Below are positions 41,461-51,362 of a DNA stretch of 64,000 nt, in pieces. Numbering within the stretch: the stretch's first letter is position 1; each line of letters starts with the position of its first letter. The notes under the pieces are model-generated. The model saw nothing but the letters and a program-made list of their open reading frames with translations. It was not told where the DNA came from and searched no databases. The DNA lies in the NCBI GenBank assembly GCA_030694425.1, contig JAUXYI010000010.1, positions 18,595 to 82,594 on the forward strand, read 5' to 3'. A program made the position numbers and the translations under genes. The DNA is from Thermodesulfovibrionia bacterium. Its GTDB lineage: Bacteria; Nitrospirota; Thermodesulfovibrionia; UBA6902; BMS3Bbin08.

Positions 41461-41520
41461 GTCATTGCGGCTTGTCCGCAATCCTTCTTTAAAAAAAGAT
41501 TCCCGACAAGCGGGAATGAC
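41461..41520. repeat. GTCATTGCGGCTTGTCCGCAATCC...GATTCCCGACAAGCGGGAATGAC palindromic repeat
   Basis: Direct reading of the sequence. Confidence 0.7.
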
Positions 41521-41568
41521 ATACAAGGCAAGCTATTCATGGACTCATTAGTTATCATGTGACTTTAC

Positions 41569-43587
41569 TTATGACTGCCTTAGTAATTTGTTATTAGGGG
41601 TATTTTGGGAATCTGCAAGAAAATCCCTTATATCATCTATTGCTGTAGTCATCCTGCATTCGGGAAGGGAATTCAAAAAATGCACTCCGTAACCCTTTGT
41701 CATAAGTCTTGAATCAAGGATTGCAATAATGCCCTTATCTGTTTTTGTTCTTATCAATCTTCCAAAGCCTTGTTTAAGCAGGATTGCTGCCTGAGGGACT
41801 TGATAATGTGAAAAGGGGTCTTTGTCTTCTCTTTGAAGCGCCTCCATCCTTGCCTCAGTAATTGGCGCATCAGGGACAGCAAATGGAAGTTTTGTTATTA
41901 TCACACATTGTAAATCATCTCCGGGAACATCAATGCCCTGCCAGAAAGTATATGTGCCAAACAGTGCAGAATTATTATCATTTTTAAATTTTTCAATCAA
42001 CCTGTAACTGTCTGCATCTCCCTGTTTATAGATTTTAACTCCTGCTACATCAACGGTATCATAAGCCTTGTTAAGAAGGCTGTAACTTGTGAAAAGCACA
42101 AGCGTCCTTCCCCTCATTATTTCAAGAATCTTTTTCAGCCTGTCAATCAATCTTTCTTCAAAATCTTTCGCCCTTGGCTCTGAGAGGTCATCGGCTATGT
42201 AAAGGATAGATTGCTCTTTATAATTAAAAGGAGACTCCAGAAGAAGTCCCTCTGCATCCTGTAACCCGAGACGCTCTTTTATATAATCAAAATTATTATT
42301 GATGGAAAGCGTTGCTGACGTAAGAATAGCAGAACTTAGATTATCAAAAACACCTGTTTTAAGTAATTTTGCTATTTCTATGGGCGTTGCTACAAACCTC
42401 AACATTTTTCCATCTTTCTCAGTCCAGTAGACATAACCTTCAAGTTCCTGCATTAATATTGTTTTCAGGGAATTCAAGAACTCTTCACATCTATTCATAA
42501 GGGCGATTATCCCTTTCTTTTCATCCTCATCACCTGATGCTTTATATACACCGCCAAGCTGATTAAATAGTTTTGATAGAGGCTCAGATATTGTATCCCC
42601 CGCAAATCCCTTTTCATGGATTCTCAATGTGGTTAAATTATTCAATCTCTGAGCAAGCTCCTGAAAGAATATATCGCCTTTTATCCGCACCATGTTTAAA
42701 AGTGCATTTGCCTCTGAGAAGTCGCTCTGAGAAAGCCATTTAAGCCTTATGAGCAAACCCTTGCCGTGCGTGCTCAGAATGGAATCAAGCAGATGTTTGA
42801 GTTTATAGTTGGATATTTCTACTCCGAGATAATCTGCTGCCACATCCTCAAGCTCGTGTGCCTCATCAAAGACCGTAATATCAAAATGCGGCAGAACCTG
42901 CCAGCCTGAAGCAATATGCGCAAAAAAGAGATGATGGTTTGTGACAAGGACATGAGCGCGCCTTTCATTTGCCTTTGCCTTTTGATAAAAACATCTATTA
43001 AAAAGTTTGCAGTCCTTGCCATAGCATAAATCGCCTTCTCTGCAAACCTTCTGCCAGAGACTTCCTCTTATATCAATCTCAGCCCTGATGCCTGTGTCGG
43101 TTCCCCTTATCCAATTTAGTAATGCATCTGTTTCACGAATCTCATCTATTTCAAAAAGTCCGTGGGTCTTTGTCTGTTCCAGTCTCCTCAGGCACACATA
43201 ATTCTCACTTCCGAGACAGAGTGCGAACCGCAGATTTTTAAAGATATTATCTCTTAAGAAAGGAAGTTCTTTTTCAATAAGCTGTCTCTGGAGCGCCTTT
43301 GTGTATGTTGATACAACTACCCTTTTACTGCTTGAACCACTTAAACTGTTTGTCCCGAAATATCGGGATGAACTATTTTCATCAAGCACCCATTCAATAA
43401 CAGGGACAAGATAGGCAAGGCTTTTGCCGACGCCTGTACCTGCCTCTACTATCAGGTGGTTTTTATTTCTCAGGGCTTTATCAATTGCCTCTGCCATTGC
43501 CTGCTGTTCAGGTCTTTGTTCATAGGCATGAAGCGTCTTGGAGAGGACACCGCTGATACCAAAAAAATTATTTAACATTTTCATCAC
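41569..43587 (-). CDS. dinG: DinG/Rad3-family ATP-dependent DNA helicase
   Basis: Walker A AGTGVGKSLAYL, a DEAH-like VFDEAHEL motif, and an FeS Cys cluster. Confidence 0.8.
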   Translation of the reverse strand: MMKMLNNFFGISGVLSKTLHAYEQRPEQQAMAEAIDKALRNKNHLIVEAGTGVGKSLAYLVPVIEWVLDENSSSRYFGTNSLSGSSSKRVVVSTYTKALQRQLIEKELPFLRDNIFKNLRFALCLGSENYVCLRRLEQTKTHGLFEIDEIRETDALLNWIRGTDTGIRAEIDIRGSLWQKVCREGDLCYGKDCKLFNRCFYQKAKANERRAHVLVTNHHLFFAHIASGWQVLPHFDITVFDEAHELEDVAADYLGVEISNYKLKHLLDSILSTHGKGLLIRLKWLSQSDFSEANALLNMVRIKGDIFFQELAQRLNNLTTLRIHEKGFAGDTISEPLSKLFNQLGGVYKASGDEDEKKGIIALMNRCEEFLNSLKTILMQELEGYVYWTEKDGKMLRFVATPIEIAKLLKTGVFDNLSSAILTSATLSINNNFDYIKERLGLQDAEGLLLESPFNYKEQSILYIADDLSEPRAKDFEERLIDRLKKILEIMRGRTLVLFTSYSLLNKAYDTVDVAGVKIYKQGDADSYRLIEKFKNDNNSALFGTYTFWQGIDVPGDDLQCVIITKLPFAVPDAPITEARMEALQREDKDPFSHYQVPQAAILLKQGFGRLIRTKTDKGIIAILDSRLMTKGYGVHFLNSLPECRMTTAIDDIRDFLADSQNTPNNKLLRQS

Positions 43588-43621
43588 ACATAATGCATAA
43601 CTCTTGACAAATCCATTGGAA

Positions 43622-44578
43622 TCATTTCTCTGCGCTTATTAATACAGAATCCGCAAGGAGCTGTTTTTGTATTTTTCTGAAGCCTGTCTTTAAATACCAC
43701 CTTTTGACTTCTTCTGGAGAGTAACATCTTCCTCCGCTCGTATTTGCGAGCATGTTTATAGAGAAAAGCGCTGCTTGAACAGGATGGGTTCTGTCTTTAT
43801 CAATAAAGAATTCCTGAATTACAATTCTGCCGTTTTTGTTTAGTGCATTTCTGCATTTTTTTAAAACCATAATATTATCGTCTTCTGAATATGCATGTAA
43901 AATCTGACTTATAAAGATGAGGTCATAATCTCTTCCAAAATCATCAGCAAGAAAATCTCCCTGTAAAAAATTTATGTTTTTCACACCTGACTTCTTGATA
44001 ACTTCTTTTGCAATCTCTATAGTCTCCGGCGTATCAAAGATTGTTACTGAGATGCCTTTTTTTGCCATTTCGATTGTGTATGTGCCGGGACCGCCGCCGA
44101 GGTCAAGCGCCTCTTTTACTCCCTTCAGTCCAACTGCCTTAAGAACTTTGTCTGCTTTTAAAACAGCGAGGTTGTGCATTCCAAGAATAAAGGCTCTGTG
44201 ATCGTGTGATACATGATGCGGTTTGCCTGTCTTAACCACATTATCAAGTCCTGACCAGTTCTGCCATAAAGTATCTGCGTGCCTGATGATATCTCCCTGA
44301 TAGTAGGGACTTCCTGATACAAGAAATTGAGAGGCAAGACTTGAATTTTTATATTGAGCCTTTTGTTTTTTAAGAAGACCAAGCCCTGTAAGTGCATCAA
44401 GTAAAATCTCAGTTGCCCTTTTGTCCGCTCCTATATCTTTTGCAAGCCCTGCTGCTGCCTTTTGCTTTTTAAGATAATCAAATACCCTGTAATTATTCGC
44501 TGTGAGCAAAACCCGTGCTCCCTGAAAACCACCCCAGATTTTCCTTAATTCTTTAGACTGCTCAAGAATGTCTGCCAT
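43622..44578 (-). CDS. class I SAM-dependent O-methyltransferase (COMT-like)
   Basis: LDLGGGPGTYTIEMAKKG motif I and an N-terminal dimerisation region. Confidence 0.7.
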   Translation of the reverse strand: MADILEQSKELRKIWGGFQGARVLLTANNYRVFDYLKKQKAAAGLAKDIGADKRATEILLDALTGLGLLKKQKAQYKNSSLASQFLVSGSPYYQGDIIRHADTLWQNWSGLDNVVKTGKPHHVSHDHRAFILGMHNLAVLKADKVLKAVGLKGVKEALDLGGGPGTYTIEMAKKGISVTIFDTPETIEIAKEVIKKSGVKNINFLQGDFLADDFGRDYDLIFISQILHAYSEDDNIMVLKKCRNALNKNGRIVIQEFFIDKDRTHPVQAALFSINMLANTSGGRCYSPEEVKRWYLKTGFRKIQKQLLADSVLISAEK

Positions 44579-44589
44579 ATGAGTTATGA

Positions 44590-44670
44590 GATTGCTTCAG
44601 CACCCCGTGCTTCGCAATGACAGTATTATGTTCGTCTATTTTGTCATTGCGAGCTAAGCGAAGCAATCTA
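44590..44670. repeat. AGATTGCTTCAGC...TTCGCAATGAC / GTCATTGCGAGCTAAGCGAAGCAATCT repeat pair
   Basis: Direct reading of the sequence. Confidence 0.7.
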
Positions 44671-44751
44671 TTTTTTGCAGTATTTAGATAAATCTAATTC
44701 GGTTCATTTAATTAAATCTGCAATTTTAAATTTTCAATCTGCAATTTAGAA

Positions 44752-45030
44752 TTATAATCCCATTTTCTTTAATGCATCATCCCCGATGTCTTTGACTATA
44801 GGCGCCTCCTCAGGAAGATAAAGCATTACCCCGCCTTTAACAGGTCTGATAACTATCTTCCCTTCTTTAGCAAGTTTGTTTGTTGCGTCAACAGGGTTTT
44901 CACCATCAAAATATTTTTTAAACGCCGTGTTGAACCCTGAATAAACAGTGTGTATGCCTTTGTATCCTTCCTTTCTGAGACTGACAATTGCCTTCTTGAT
45001 AAACTCCTCTTGACTCAATTTTTCTGACAT
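44752..45030 (-). CDS. hypothetical 92-aa protein
   Basis: ORF only. Confidence 0.35.
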   Translation of the reverse strand: MSEKLSQEEFIKKAIVSLRKEGYKGIHTVYSGFNTAFKKYFDGENPVDATNKLAKEGKIVIRPVKGGVMLYLPEEAPIVKDIGDDALKKMGL

Positions 45031-45058
45031 AATGTCCTCCTTTGGTTAGGATTAAAAG

Positions 45059-46405
45059 TTATTGTTTATTCCCTTCATCTTCTATTTCTCCATTTTCAGT
45101 TGTTTCATCGGATATATATAATAAGGATTCTTGTGATGGCAATTCTTGCACGTTTTTAAGTTTTCGCTGAATCTGTTTTGTTCTGACCCCAACTAACTTA
45201 TCTATTTCATCGTCTGCTTCCTTTATCTTTTCTTGGGCTTTCTTTAAAACAACACCAAACCTTTCAAATTCTGTTTTGACAGCTCCTAAAATCTTCCATA
45301 CTTCACTTGATCTTTTTTCAATCACTAGAGTTCTAAATCCCATCAGCAAGCTGTTTAAAAATGCAGATAGTGTTGTTGGGCCAGCAATCATTATATTATA
45401 GCTTTGTAAGACTTCGAATAAAGCAGGCCTTCTTACAACTTCAGCATAAAGCCCCTCAATAGGTAAAAACATAATTCCAAAATCTGTAGTTTTTGGAGGG
45501 TCAATATATTTATCCCTGATATCTCTGGCAAATTTTTTTATATCATCTTCAAGAAGTTTTGCGGCCTTCTCGATAGTAGATGGATCTCCGTGTTCGTAAG
45601 CATTTACTAATAATTCATAATTCTCCCTTGGAAATTTTGAGTCCAGAGGTAAATAAACAACTTCTCCTAAATCGTCTTTCCCGGGGAGCTTAATCGCAAA
45701 TTCAACACTATTGCCTTTTTTGATAGCTACATTTCTACCATATTGCTCCGGAGTTAAAATTTGCTCCAAGATATTGCCCAACAAGATTTCGCCAATTATC
45801 CCTCGAGTCTTTACATTTGATAAGACTTTTTTCAAATCGCCAACCCCGACAGCTAAGGACTGCATTTCTCCCAATCCTTTATGAACCAATTCCAATCTTT
45901 CACTAACCATTTTAAAGGATTGACTGAGCCTGTCTTCGAGTGTTTTATGAAGTTTCTCATCAACAGTCTCTCTCATCTTATCTAATTTTTTGGCGTTATC
46001 TTCTTGAAGTAATTTTAATCTCTCCTCCACTGTTTCTCTCATCTTATCAAGTTTTTGCTCATTGGTCTGGGTTAATGTAGTAAGTTGTTTTGAAAAAATA
46101 TCTAACTGATCTTTCTGCATTGTCGCAATCTTCGTCATTTGGTTAAGAAGCAAATCATTAAATGACTTTAAAGAATTACTCACTTCTTCTCTTAGCTGTT
46201 TCGAGCTATTACCGGCCTCTTCTCTGTTCTGGGCTATTTCTTCTTTTAGAGTTCTTTCAGTCTTTTCCTGATTTTTTTCAAAAGATGCCAACTGGGTTTC
46301 AAATTGTAATAGCTTAGTGTTCGAACTGCGTATTAACAGCACAATTAATAAAATAACAGCCCCGACAACTAAGACCGTCAATATTATCAATAAGAATTCA
46401 ATCAT
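45059..46405 (-). CDS. rmuC: DNA recombination protein RmuC
   Basis: An N-terminal TM segment, a long coiled coil, and a C-terminal RmuC nuclease-like domain. Confidence 0.8.
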   Translation of the reverse strand: MIEFLLIILTVLVVGAVILLIVLLIRSSNTKLLQFETQLASFEKNQEKTERTLKEEIAQNREEAGNSSKQLREEVSNSLKSFNDLLLNQMTKIATMQKDQLDIFSKQLTTLTQTNEQKLDKMRETVEERLKLLQEDNAKKLDKMRETVDEKLHKTLEDRLSQSFKMVSERLELVHKGLGEMQSLAVGVGDLKKVLSNVKTRGIIGEILLGNILEQILTPEQYGRNVAIKKGNSVEFAIKLPGKDDLGEVVYLPLDSKFPRENYELLVNAYEHGDPSTIEKAAKLLEDDIKKFARDIRDKYIDPPKTTDFGIMFLPIEGLYAEVVRRPALFEVLQSYNIMIAGPTTLSAFLNSLLMGFRTLVIEKRSSEVWKILGAVKTEFERFGVVLKKAQEKIKEADDEIDKLVGVRTKQIQRKLKNVQELPSQESLLYISDETTENGEIEDEGNKQ

Positions 46406-46440
46406 TTAAGAGTCTCTAACCAATTTACTAAAAATAGCCG

Positions 46441-46905
46441 TCATTCAATCTCCTCTGGAGTTATCTTCCACTCTACTGACCATTTGCCGTCCTCAGACTT
46501 TTTCAAGCATACAACGCCACCCATCTTAAAATCTATTACATTCTTGTCTTTATCACCAGTAAGAATCAGCGATGAAAGTCTGCTTAAATGCGGCAGATGA
46601 CCTACAAGCATTATGTCTTCATTTATGTTAGAAATACGCTCAAACCAGATTTGAGGGTCATCAAGGGGCGCCAGCCCTTCTGTCTCAGATATTTTCTCTT
46701 CCACCTTAACATAATCAGCCAATACCAGAGCAGTCTGAAATGCCCTTATCTTATTACTATGTAATATCTGGCTTACTTTTATATTCAACCCCGCTATATG
46801 CTTAGCAACCTTCCTGATATCCTGAATTCCTTTTTCTGACAAACTGCGGGCTGCATCTTCCTCTTTGCTTACTGCCTCAGCATGCTGGACAAGATAAAGA
46901 AGCAT
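46441..46905 (-). CDS. sixA: phosphohistidine phosphatase SixA-like (histidine phosphatase superfamily)
   Basis: MLLYLVQHAEA has the RHG-type catalytic His. Confidence 0.7.
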   Translation of the reverse strand: MLLYLVQHAEAVSKEEDAARSLSEKGIQDIRKVAKHIAGLNIKVSQILHSNKIRAFQTALVLADYVKVEEKISETEGLAPLDDPQIWFERISNINEDIMLVGHLPHLSRLSSLILTGDKDKNVIDFKMGGVVCLKKSEDGKWSVEWKITPEEIE

Positions 46906-46929
46906 CGTTACCCTCCTTAGTTGTTAATA

Positions 46930-47490
46930 TTATATCCTCTCATACACCCAGACCCTTCCGCCACCTTTTATTTCATCTATTCTTTTTACAAGCCTTTTCT
47001 TGTGAAGATTTAATAATCTTGTGCCACTTGTATTAGCCTCAAGCTTCATAATCTCTGATAATTCTTTAGCAGTAATTTTGCCTTTTTTTACAATAAGTTC
47101 CAGAGTTTCCTTAAGATAATTGTTTAAGTTGCCGAGAAGTATTTTCTTCCCATTTTTCATATCTGCTATGACAGCTAAATCCTTCCTCTCCAGAGCTACT
47201 TCTATGTTCTCTTTTTGGTTGTCATTAAGACCCGCAAGAATGATGTATTTGTCTCCGTACTCGTTGCTCAATAAACGGGATATAAGTTTTGCCACAATCT
47301 CATCGGCACAGGAATAATCAATTATTCCTATCTTAGAGAAATCAAGGGCAATAACCTCTCCATCTTTTTCTTTCTCAATATCTCTCTTAATCCGCTCCCG
47401 TATCACCTGACCCGATTGTCTCGTAACAAGGTCGGATGAACCATTCTTGAGTTCTTCTTTAAGGAGTTTATAGAGATTATAAGTTTGCAT
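46930..47490 (-). CDS. STAS-like (DUF4325-like) plus C-terminal wHTH protein, last gene of a three-gene overlapping operon
   Basis: ...VIALDFSKIGIIDYSCADEIVAKL... followed by a C-terminal helix-turn-helix. It overlaps the MTase gene by 14 nt. Confidence 0.4.
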   Translation of the reverse strand: MQTYNLYKLLKEELKNGSSDLVTRQSGQVIRERIKRDIEKEKDGEVIALDFSKIGIIDYSCADEIVAKLISRLLSNEYGDKYIILAGLNDNQKENIEVALERKDLAVIADMKNGKKILLGNLNNYLKETLELIVKKGKITAKELSEIMKLEANTSGTRLLNLHKKRLVKRIDEIKGGGRVWVYERI

Positions 47491-48505
47491 AACTTTCTTT
47501 TAAATCTGAATTGTCTATCTTTGAACCGAATTTCAATTTCTTCGGGTCAATCTTTTTATCAAATTTAACAGGGTCTTTAAAGACATATGGCAGATTGAGG
47601 ATTTCTTTCTTAAAATCAATATCCTTCTTCTTCTGAATAATAATTTCAATTTTATTCGGATTATTATCTAAAAATCCCCCTGCATCCCCCTTTTTAGCAA
47701 AAGGGGGCAAGGGGGGATTTTTCTCACCATTTATTAGCTTCTCTTTAATTATTGGCAAGAAGTCCTTGTTGGTTTCATATCCGATAAAGTCCCTTCTGAG
47801 ATTTCTTGCAGCAAGGCATGTTGTGCCGCTCCCAAGGAATGGGTCAAGAACTGTATCTCCTACGAAACTGAACATTTTAATTAATCTTTTTGGTAATTCT
47901 TCTGGAAACATTGCAAGGTGTTTGTCCTGTTTTTCACCAGAGAAATTCCAGTGTCCATAAAAATATTCGTTCCATTCTTCAGTAGTAAGTTTAGATTTTT
48001 CTTTTATCTCTCGACTTACTTTCGGTGGATCACCGAGCTTCTTGAATATCAGAATAAACTCATAATCGAATTTGATGATTCCATTCCTTGGATACGGGAA
48101 AGACCCCATAATTGTAGCTCCGCCTGTTGTATTACATGTCGTAACCTTTTGCCAGATAATCGCTCCCATATAATCAAATCCAATTGTTTCACAGAATTTT
48201 ATTATTTCTTCTCTAATTGGAATAATTTTGTATCTTCCGTAATAAACAGACCTTGCGAACTGGTCTCCAATGTTTATGCATAAACGACAGCCGTTATGTA
48301 ATACGCGGTAGCACTCTTTCCATACAAGGTTCAGATTATTTATGTAATCCTCGTAACTGTCATTAAACCCTATCTGGCTTCCATTGCCATAGTCTTTCAA
48401 TTGCCAGTAAGGAGGTGAGGTGATGATGAGATGAACGCTTTCATCTTTTAGTTCATCCATCCTCCTGCTGTCGCCAATGATTATGTTTGTTTTAGGGTTT
48501 ATCAT
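47477..48505 (-). CDS. beta-class DNA methyltransferase (N4-C/N6-A, SPPY then DPFLGSGTT)
   Basis: Motif IV IITSPPYW precedes motif I LDPFLGSGTTCLAA. An in-frame GC-palindrome repeat insertion lies near the 3' end. Confidence 0.8.
   Translation of the reverse strand: MINPKTNIIIGDSRRMDELKDESVHLIITSPPYWQLKDYGNGSQIGFNDSYEDYINNLNLVWKECYRVLHNGCRLCINIGDQFARSVYYGRYKIIPIREEIIKFCETIGFDYMGAIIWQKVTTCNTTGGATIMGSFPYPRNGIIKFDYEFILIFKKLGDPPKVSREIKEKSKLTTEEWNEYFYGHWNFSGEKQDKHLAMFPEELPKRLIKMFSFVGDTVLDPFLGSGTTCLAARNLRRDFIGYETNKDFLPIIKEKLINGEKNPPLPPFAKKGDAGGFLDNNPNKIEIIIQKKKDIDFKKEILNLPYVFKDPVKFDKKIDPKKLKFGSKIDNSDLKESYANL
47673..47722. repeat. GC-rich palindromic repeat in-frame inside the MTase gene
   Basis: aaatccccctgcatccccctttttagcaaaagggggcaaggggggattt encodes PPLPPFAKKGDAGGF. 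Confidence 0.65.
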
Positions 48506-49349
48506 TTTTTATTTTATTCGCCCTATAGAGAAGTCCAAATTGAACACCATTCAGTGGATCAGGTTGTTTACCATAATGATCACTTAACACAGAAGTATTT
48601 CTCGATAATCCCAGCAAATAATTAGATGCTCGGTTCTTTTTTTCTATTTCCATTTTATACGCTACCAATTCAAAGCCGATATCAGATAACTGCCATCCTC
48701 CATATGTTTGCATATGTGTTAGAAGCTTCTTTTTCCCGAGTGATCTTATTGTAAAATTTATATCCCTTCCCCTCATTAGGTATTTAGTGAGCAATAAATT
48801 CTCTAAATCAGTATCGCTCATAAAACCATTTTTCTTGTCGCTTATGTCTATGCAAATCTTTTTAAGTTTTTCATTGACTGATTCTGAAAACTTAGCCATA
48901 TCTATCTGAGACTCTTTTTGTTCAACCTTCTTTTTGTCAAACCAACCTGCCTGCTTTAAGTCTTTGATAAACGATGTGATAGCCTTAACAATTGACCTGG
49001 GTTTGTCACGATCAAACGGGATATAGGGTTTTTGATCAATAGTTGGAACAGTACAGTTTTTATCTACTAAGTAAATCGCCTTTTCCGGCTTATTTTTGAA
49101 CTTTTGTGTTGCTTGTCCCATTTCATGAGAAACGCTTGAAGAAGGAGAGCTTCCTATTCGAGGCGTAATCAAAAAAATTGCTCCCTCAGCAGAGTCAAAG
49201 TAATGTTCTTCTTTATCTTGAAGGGTCTTCCCTTTATTAGAAGATAAAGGGATCATGCTTACTTCAATATCAAGTTCAGCAAGAAAATCCTTAAAGTCAC
49301 GCGCTAAATCTTCTTCTTGAGTGTCATATAAAAGTAAAATATTATTCAT
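48492..49349 (-). CDS. hypothetical protein with N-terminal TIR-like/nucleotide-binding alpha/beta domain and C-terminal wHTH-like region (tentative)
   Basis: MNNILLLYDTQEEDLARDFKDFLAELDIEV...AIFLITPR...AIYLVDKN. It is the first gene of the overlapping operon. Confidence 0.3.
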   Translation of the reverse strand: MNNILLLYDTQEEDLARDFKDFLAELDIEVSMIPLSSNKGKTLQDKEEHYFDSAEGAIFLITPRIGSSPSSSVSHEMGQATQKFKNKPEKAIYLVDKNCTVPTIDQKPYIPFDRDKPRSIVKAITSFIKDLKQAGWFDKKKVEQKESQIDMAKFSESVNEKLKKICIDISDKKNGFMSDTDLENLLLTKYLMRGRDINFTIRSLGKKKLLTHMQTYGGWQLSDIGFELVAYKMEIEKKNRASNYLLGLSRNTSVLSDHYGKQPDPLNGVQFGLLYRANKIKNDKP

Positions 49350-49431
49350 ACTTCCTCCTTCTTACCTTTCCTTCCTCACTCCCTTAAACGGCTCATTAGC
49401 CGTCTACTGGTCAATGAATCTCATTTAAAAA

Positions 49432-49520
49432 TCTCCCCACCCCCCTCTTTGTCAAAGAGGGAATGATTCCCGACAAGCGGGAATAACATCCTAAGCGCAG
49501 GCTAAAGCCTGCGGCTACCC
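49432..49520. repeat. composite repeat (CCCCACCCCCCTCTTTGTCAAAGAGGGAATG plus GATTCCCGACAAGCGGGAATAAC plus GCGCAGGCTAAAGCCTGCGGC hairpin)
   Basis: Direct reading of the sequence. Confidence 0.65.
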
Positions 49521-49541
49521 ATTCCAATTTCTCACAACCTC

Positions 49542-51362
49542 TCATACACTCACACCCTTCCGACATGCAAATAAAGACGGCTGATTTCCTTCTCGGTTTT
49601 TCACATTAGCAAACTGTTCACGGAAAGCAATCCATTCGCCTTCGTTTATATTAATTAACATTGTCTTGGCCAATGACAAAATCTGATTAACAATATCTTC
49701 ATAAGTCACGTCACAAGCAACCTGATTAATATCGAGTCTCATTAAGACATCTTTTGTATAAGGTCGTTTGGCATCTAAAAATGTTATTGAGGCAAGCAGT
49801 TCTTGAACATATATGCTATTGAGAATAGCCCATACAAAGACAGCTTCTGAAATATTTTCAAAACCTAATAAATAGCAGGTATCGTCCAGCATGAGAGGCT
49901 TGCCGTTCACAGGCAATATCAGAGAAAAGTTTGACCGCTTATAAAGACCGGAGATTGCAACTTTATACGGTTTGAAAGAATACTCTCCCACTCCGAATAT
50001 TGAAAACAACGGTTTGTTTTTATAAATGGTTGATTTCCGCTGATCAAAATAATGTTTATGTTCCATTAAATAACGATAGAGTTTAGGGAATTTATATTCA
50101 ATATATGTTGTGCTTTCTCCGATCATTCTTTGTGTTACAATTACATATTTTCTATGCTGCGTTATTACCGGAGAATTCAAATCGGAACTTTTTATCAACC
50201 CGTACACCAGTTCATCTTCAATATCTACTTCCTGTCCCAACCCGTTACGATATTTATTGTAGGGCAGTATTTCAAGCTCCATGATATTTGAGCAGTCATG
50301 TTTTATCCCCTGCCTCCATATGTATCGAGAAACGCCGTCATATTTTTTATGCGTTCCGTAAGAAGTCATATCGGAAACAAATTTATCTCCAACCCAGCCA
50401 AATGTATTTTCAACAACATTTGGAGCGGCGAGCATTGAGACCTTGCATGAAAAAGCGGATCGATTATCATTCTTGCCAAAGCTGCATTTGAATAATGAGG
50501 CCTCTACAGAAGCGTCAAAGTGTTCTTTGGCATTAATTCTCATGGCAACTGTATTGTGAATGTTGTAGTTCATCTTCGGCAAATCGCAGATCAAGTTTTT
50601 AATCACAGCATTCTTTGTCAGCATTGCCATATGTCCGTTATACTTTGAAAACAACTTAATCATCATTAGGATGATGTATTCACAGATGTCAAAATTTCCC
50701 TTGCCGGTAATAGCATCAAGTCCATTGAGCGCTTTGAAATTACTTTTATTGGGAAGGTTTCGGGCATTTAAGCTTCCCAATTCAGAGTTAGTCACCCACG
50801 GCGGATTGCCTAATATCAAAACATTTTTAGAGCCAATAAATCTTTCAATTTTTCCAAAATCAAATTCGAAAACATTATCAAGGTGTAGACATATCTTCGG
50901 TTTGTTTAATTCCGGCTTATTTATAAAATACTCAAGAATGCTGAATTTAGTCTGCCAATAATATGGCTCGTGAATTTCTACTCCGTGAATTATTTTTACT
51001 TTCTCAAAAAACTTGATGGCTGACAGTAAAAAAGAGCCTTTACCGAAAGTGGGCTCGATTATTACATCCGGCGATATATTCTCTGCAATCAAATATGAAC
51101 ATATTGAATCTGTCAATTCAGGAGGGGTCTGAAAATCTCCATACTCACGTCTGTCGATTCCATCGGAAACCATAAAGCATGGTTCAAGGATTTCCAGCAG
51201 CGTTAAGAAATCCTCCTGACTTCTGAAAAACGTTTCAATTCCCGAAATTTCAGCCAATAGATTATTGGCGAGTTTGAAATCGGTCATATTGCCGATTCTT
51301 GTCTTGAGGTATTGAATTGTATCAGGCTGTAGATGTCTTATTGCAGATCGCATTGTTATCAA
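49542..51362 (-). CDS. type II N6-adenine DNA methyltransferase (gamma-class, NPPW) with large C-terminal TRD
   Basis: Motif I EPTFGKGSF precedes motif IV LGNPPW. It overlaps the downstream REase-like gene by 4 nt. Confidence 0.75.
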   Translation of the reverse strand: MITMRSAIRHLQPDTIQYLKTRIGNMTDFKLANNLLAEISGIETFFRSQEDFLTLLEILEPCFMVSDGIDRREYGDFQTPPELTDSICSYLIAENISPDVIIEPTFGKGSFLLSAIKFFEKVKIIHGVEIHEPYYWQTKFSILEYFINKPELNKPKICLHLDNVFEFDFGKIERFIGSKNVLILGNPPWVTNSELGSLNARNLPNKSNFKALNGLDAITGKGNFDICEYIILMMIKLFSKYNGHMAMLTKNAVIKNLICDLPKMNYNIHNTVAMRINAKEHFDASVEASLFKCSFGKNDNRSAFSCKVSMLAAPNVVENTFGWVGDKFVSDMTSYGTHKKYDGVSRYIWRQGIKHDCSNIMELEILPYNKYRNGLGQEVDIEDELVYGLIKSSDLNSPVITQHRKYVIVTQRMIGESTTYIEYKFPKLYRYLMEHKHYFDQRKSTIYKNKPLFSIFGVGEYSFKPYKVAISGLYKRSNFSLILPVNGKPLMLDDTCYLLGFENISEAVFVWAILNSIYVQELLASITFLDAKRPYTKDVLMRLDINQVACDVTYEDIVNQILSLAKTMLININEGEWIAFREQFANVKNREGNQPSLFACRKGVSV

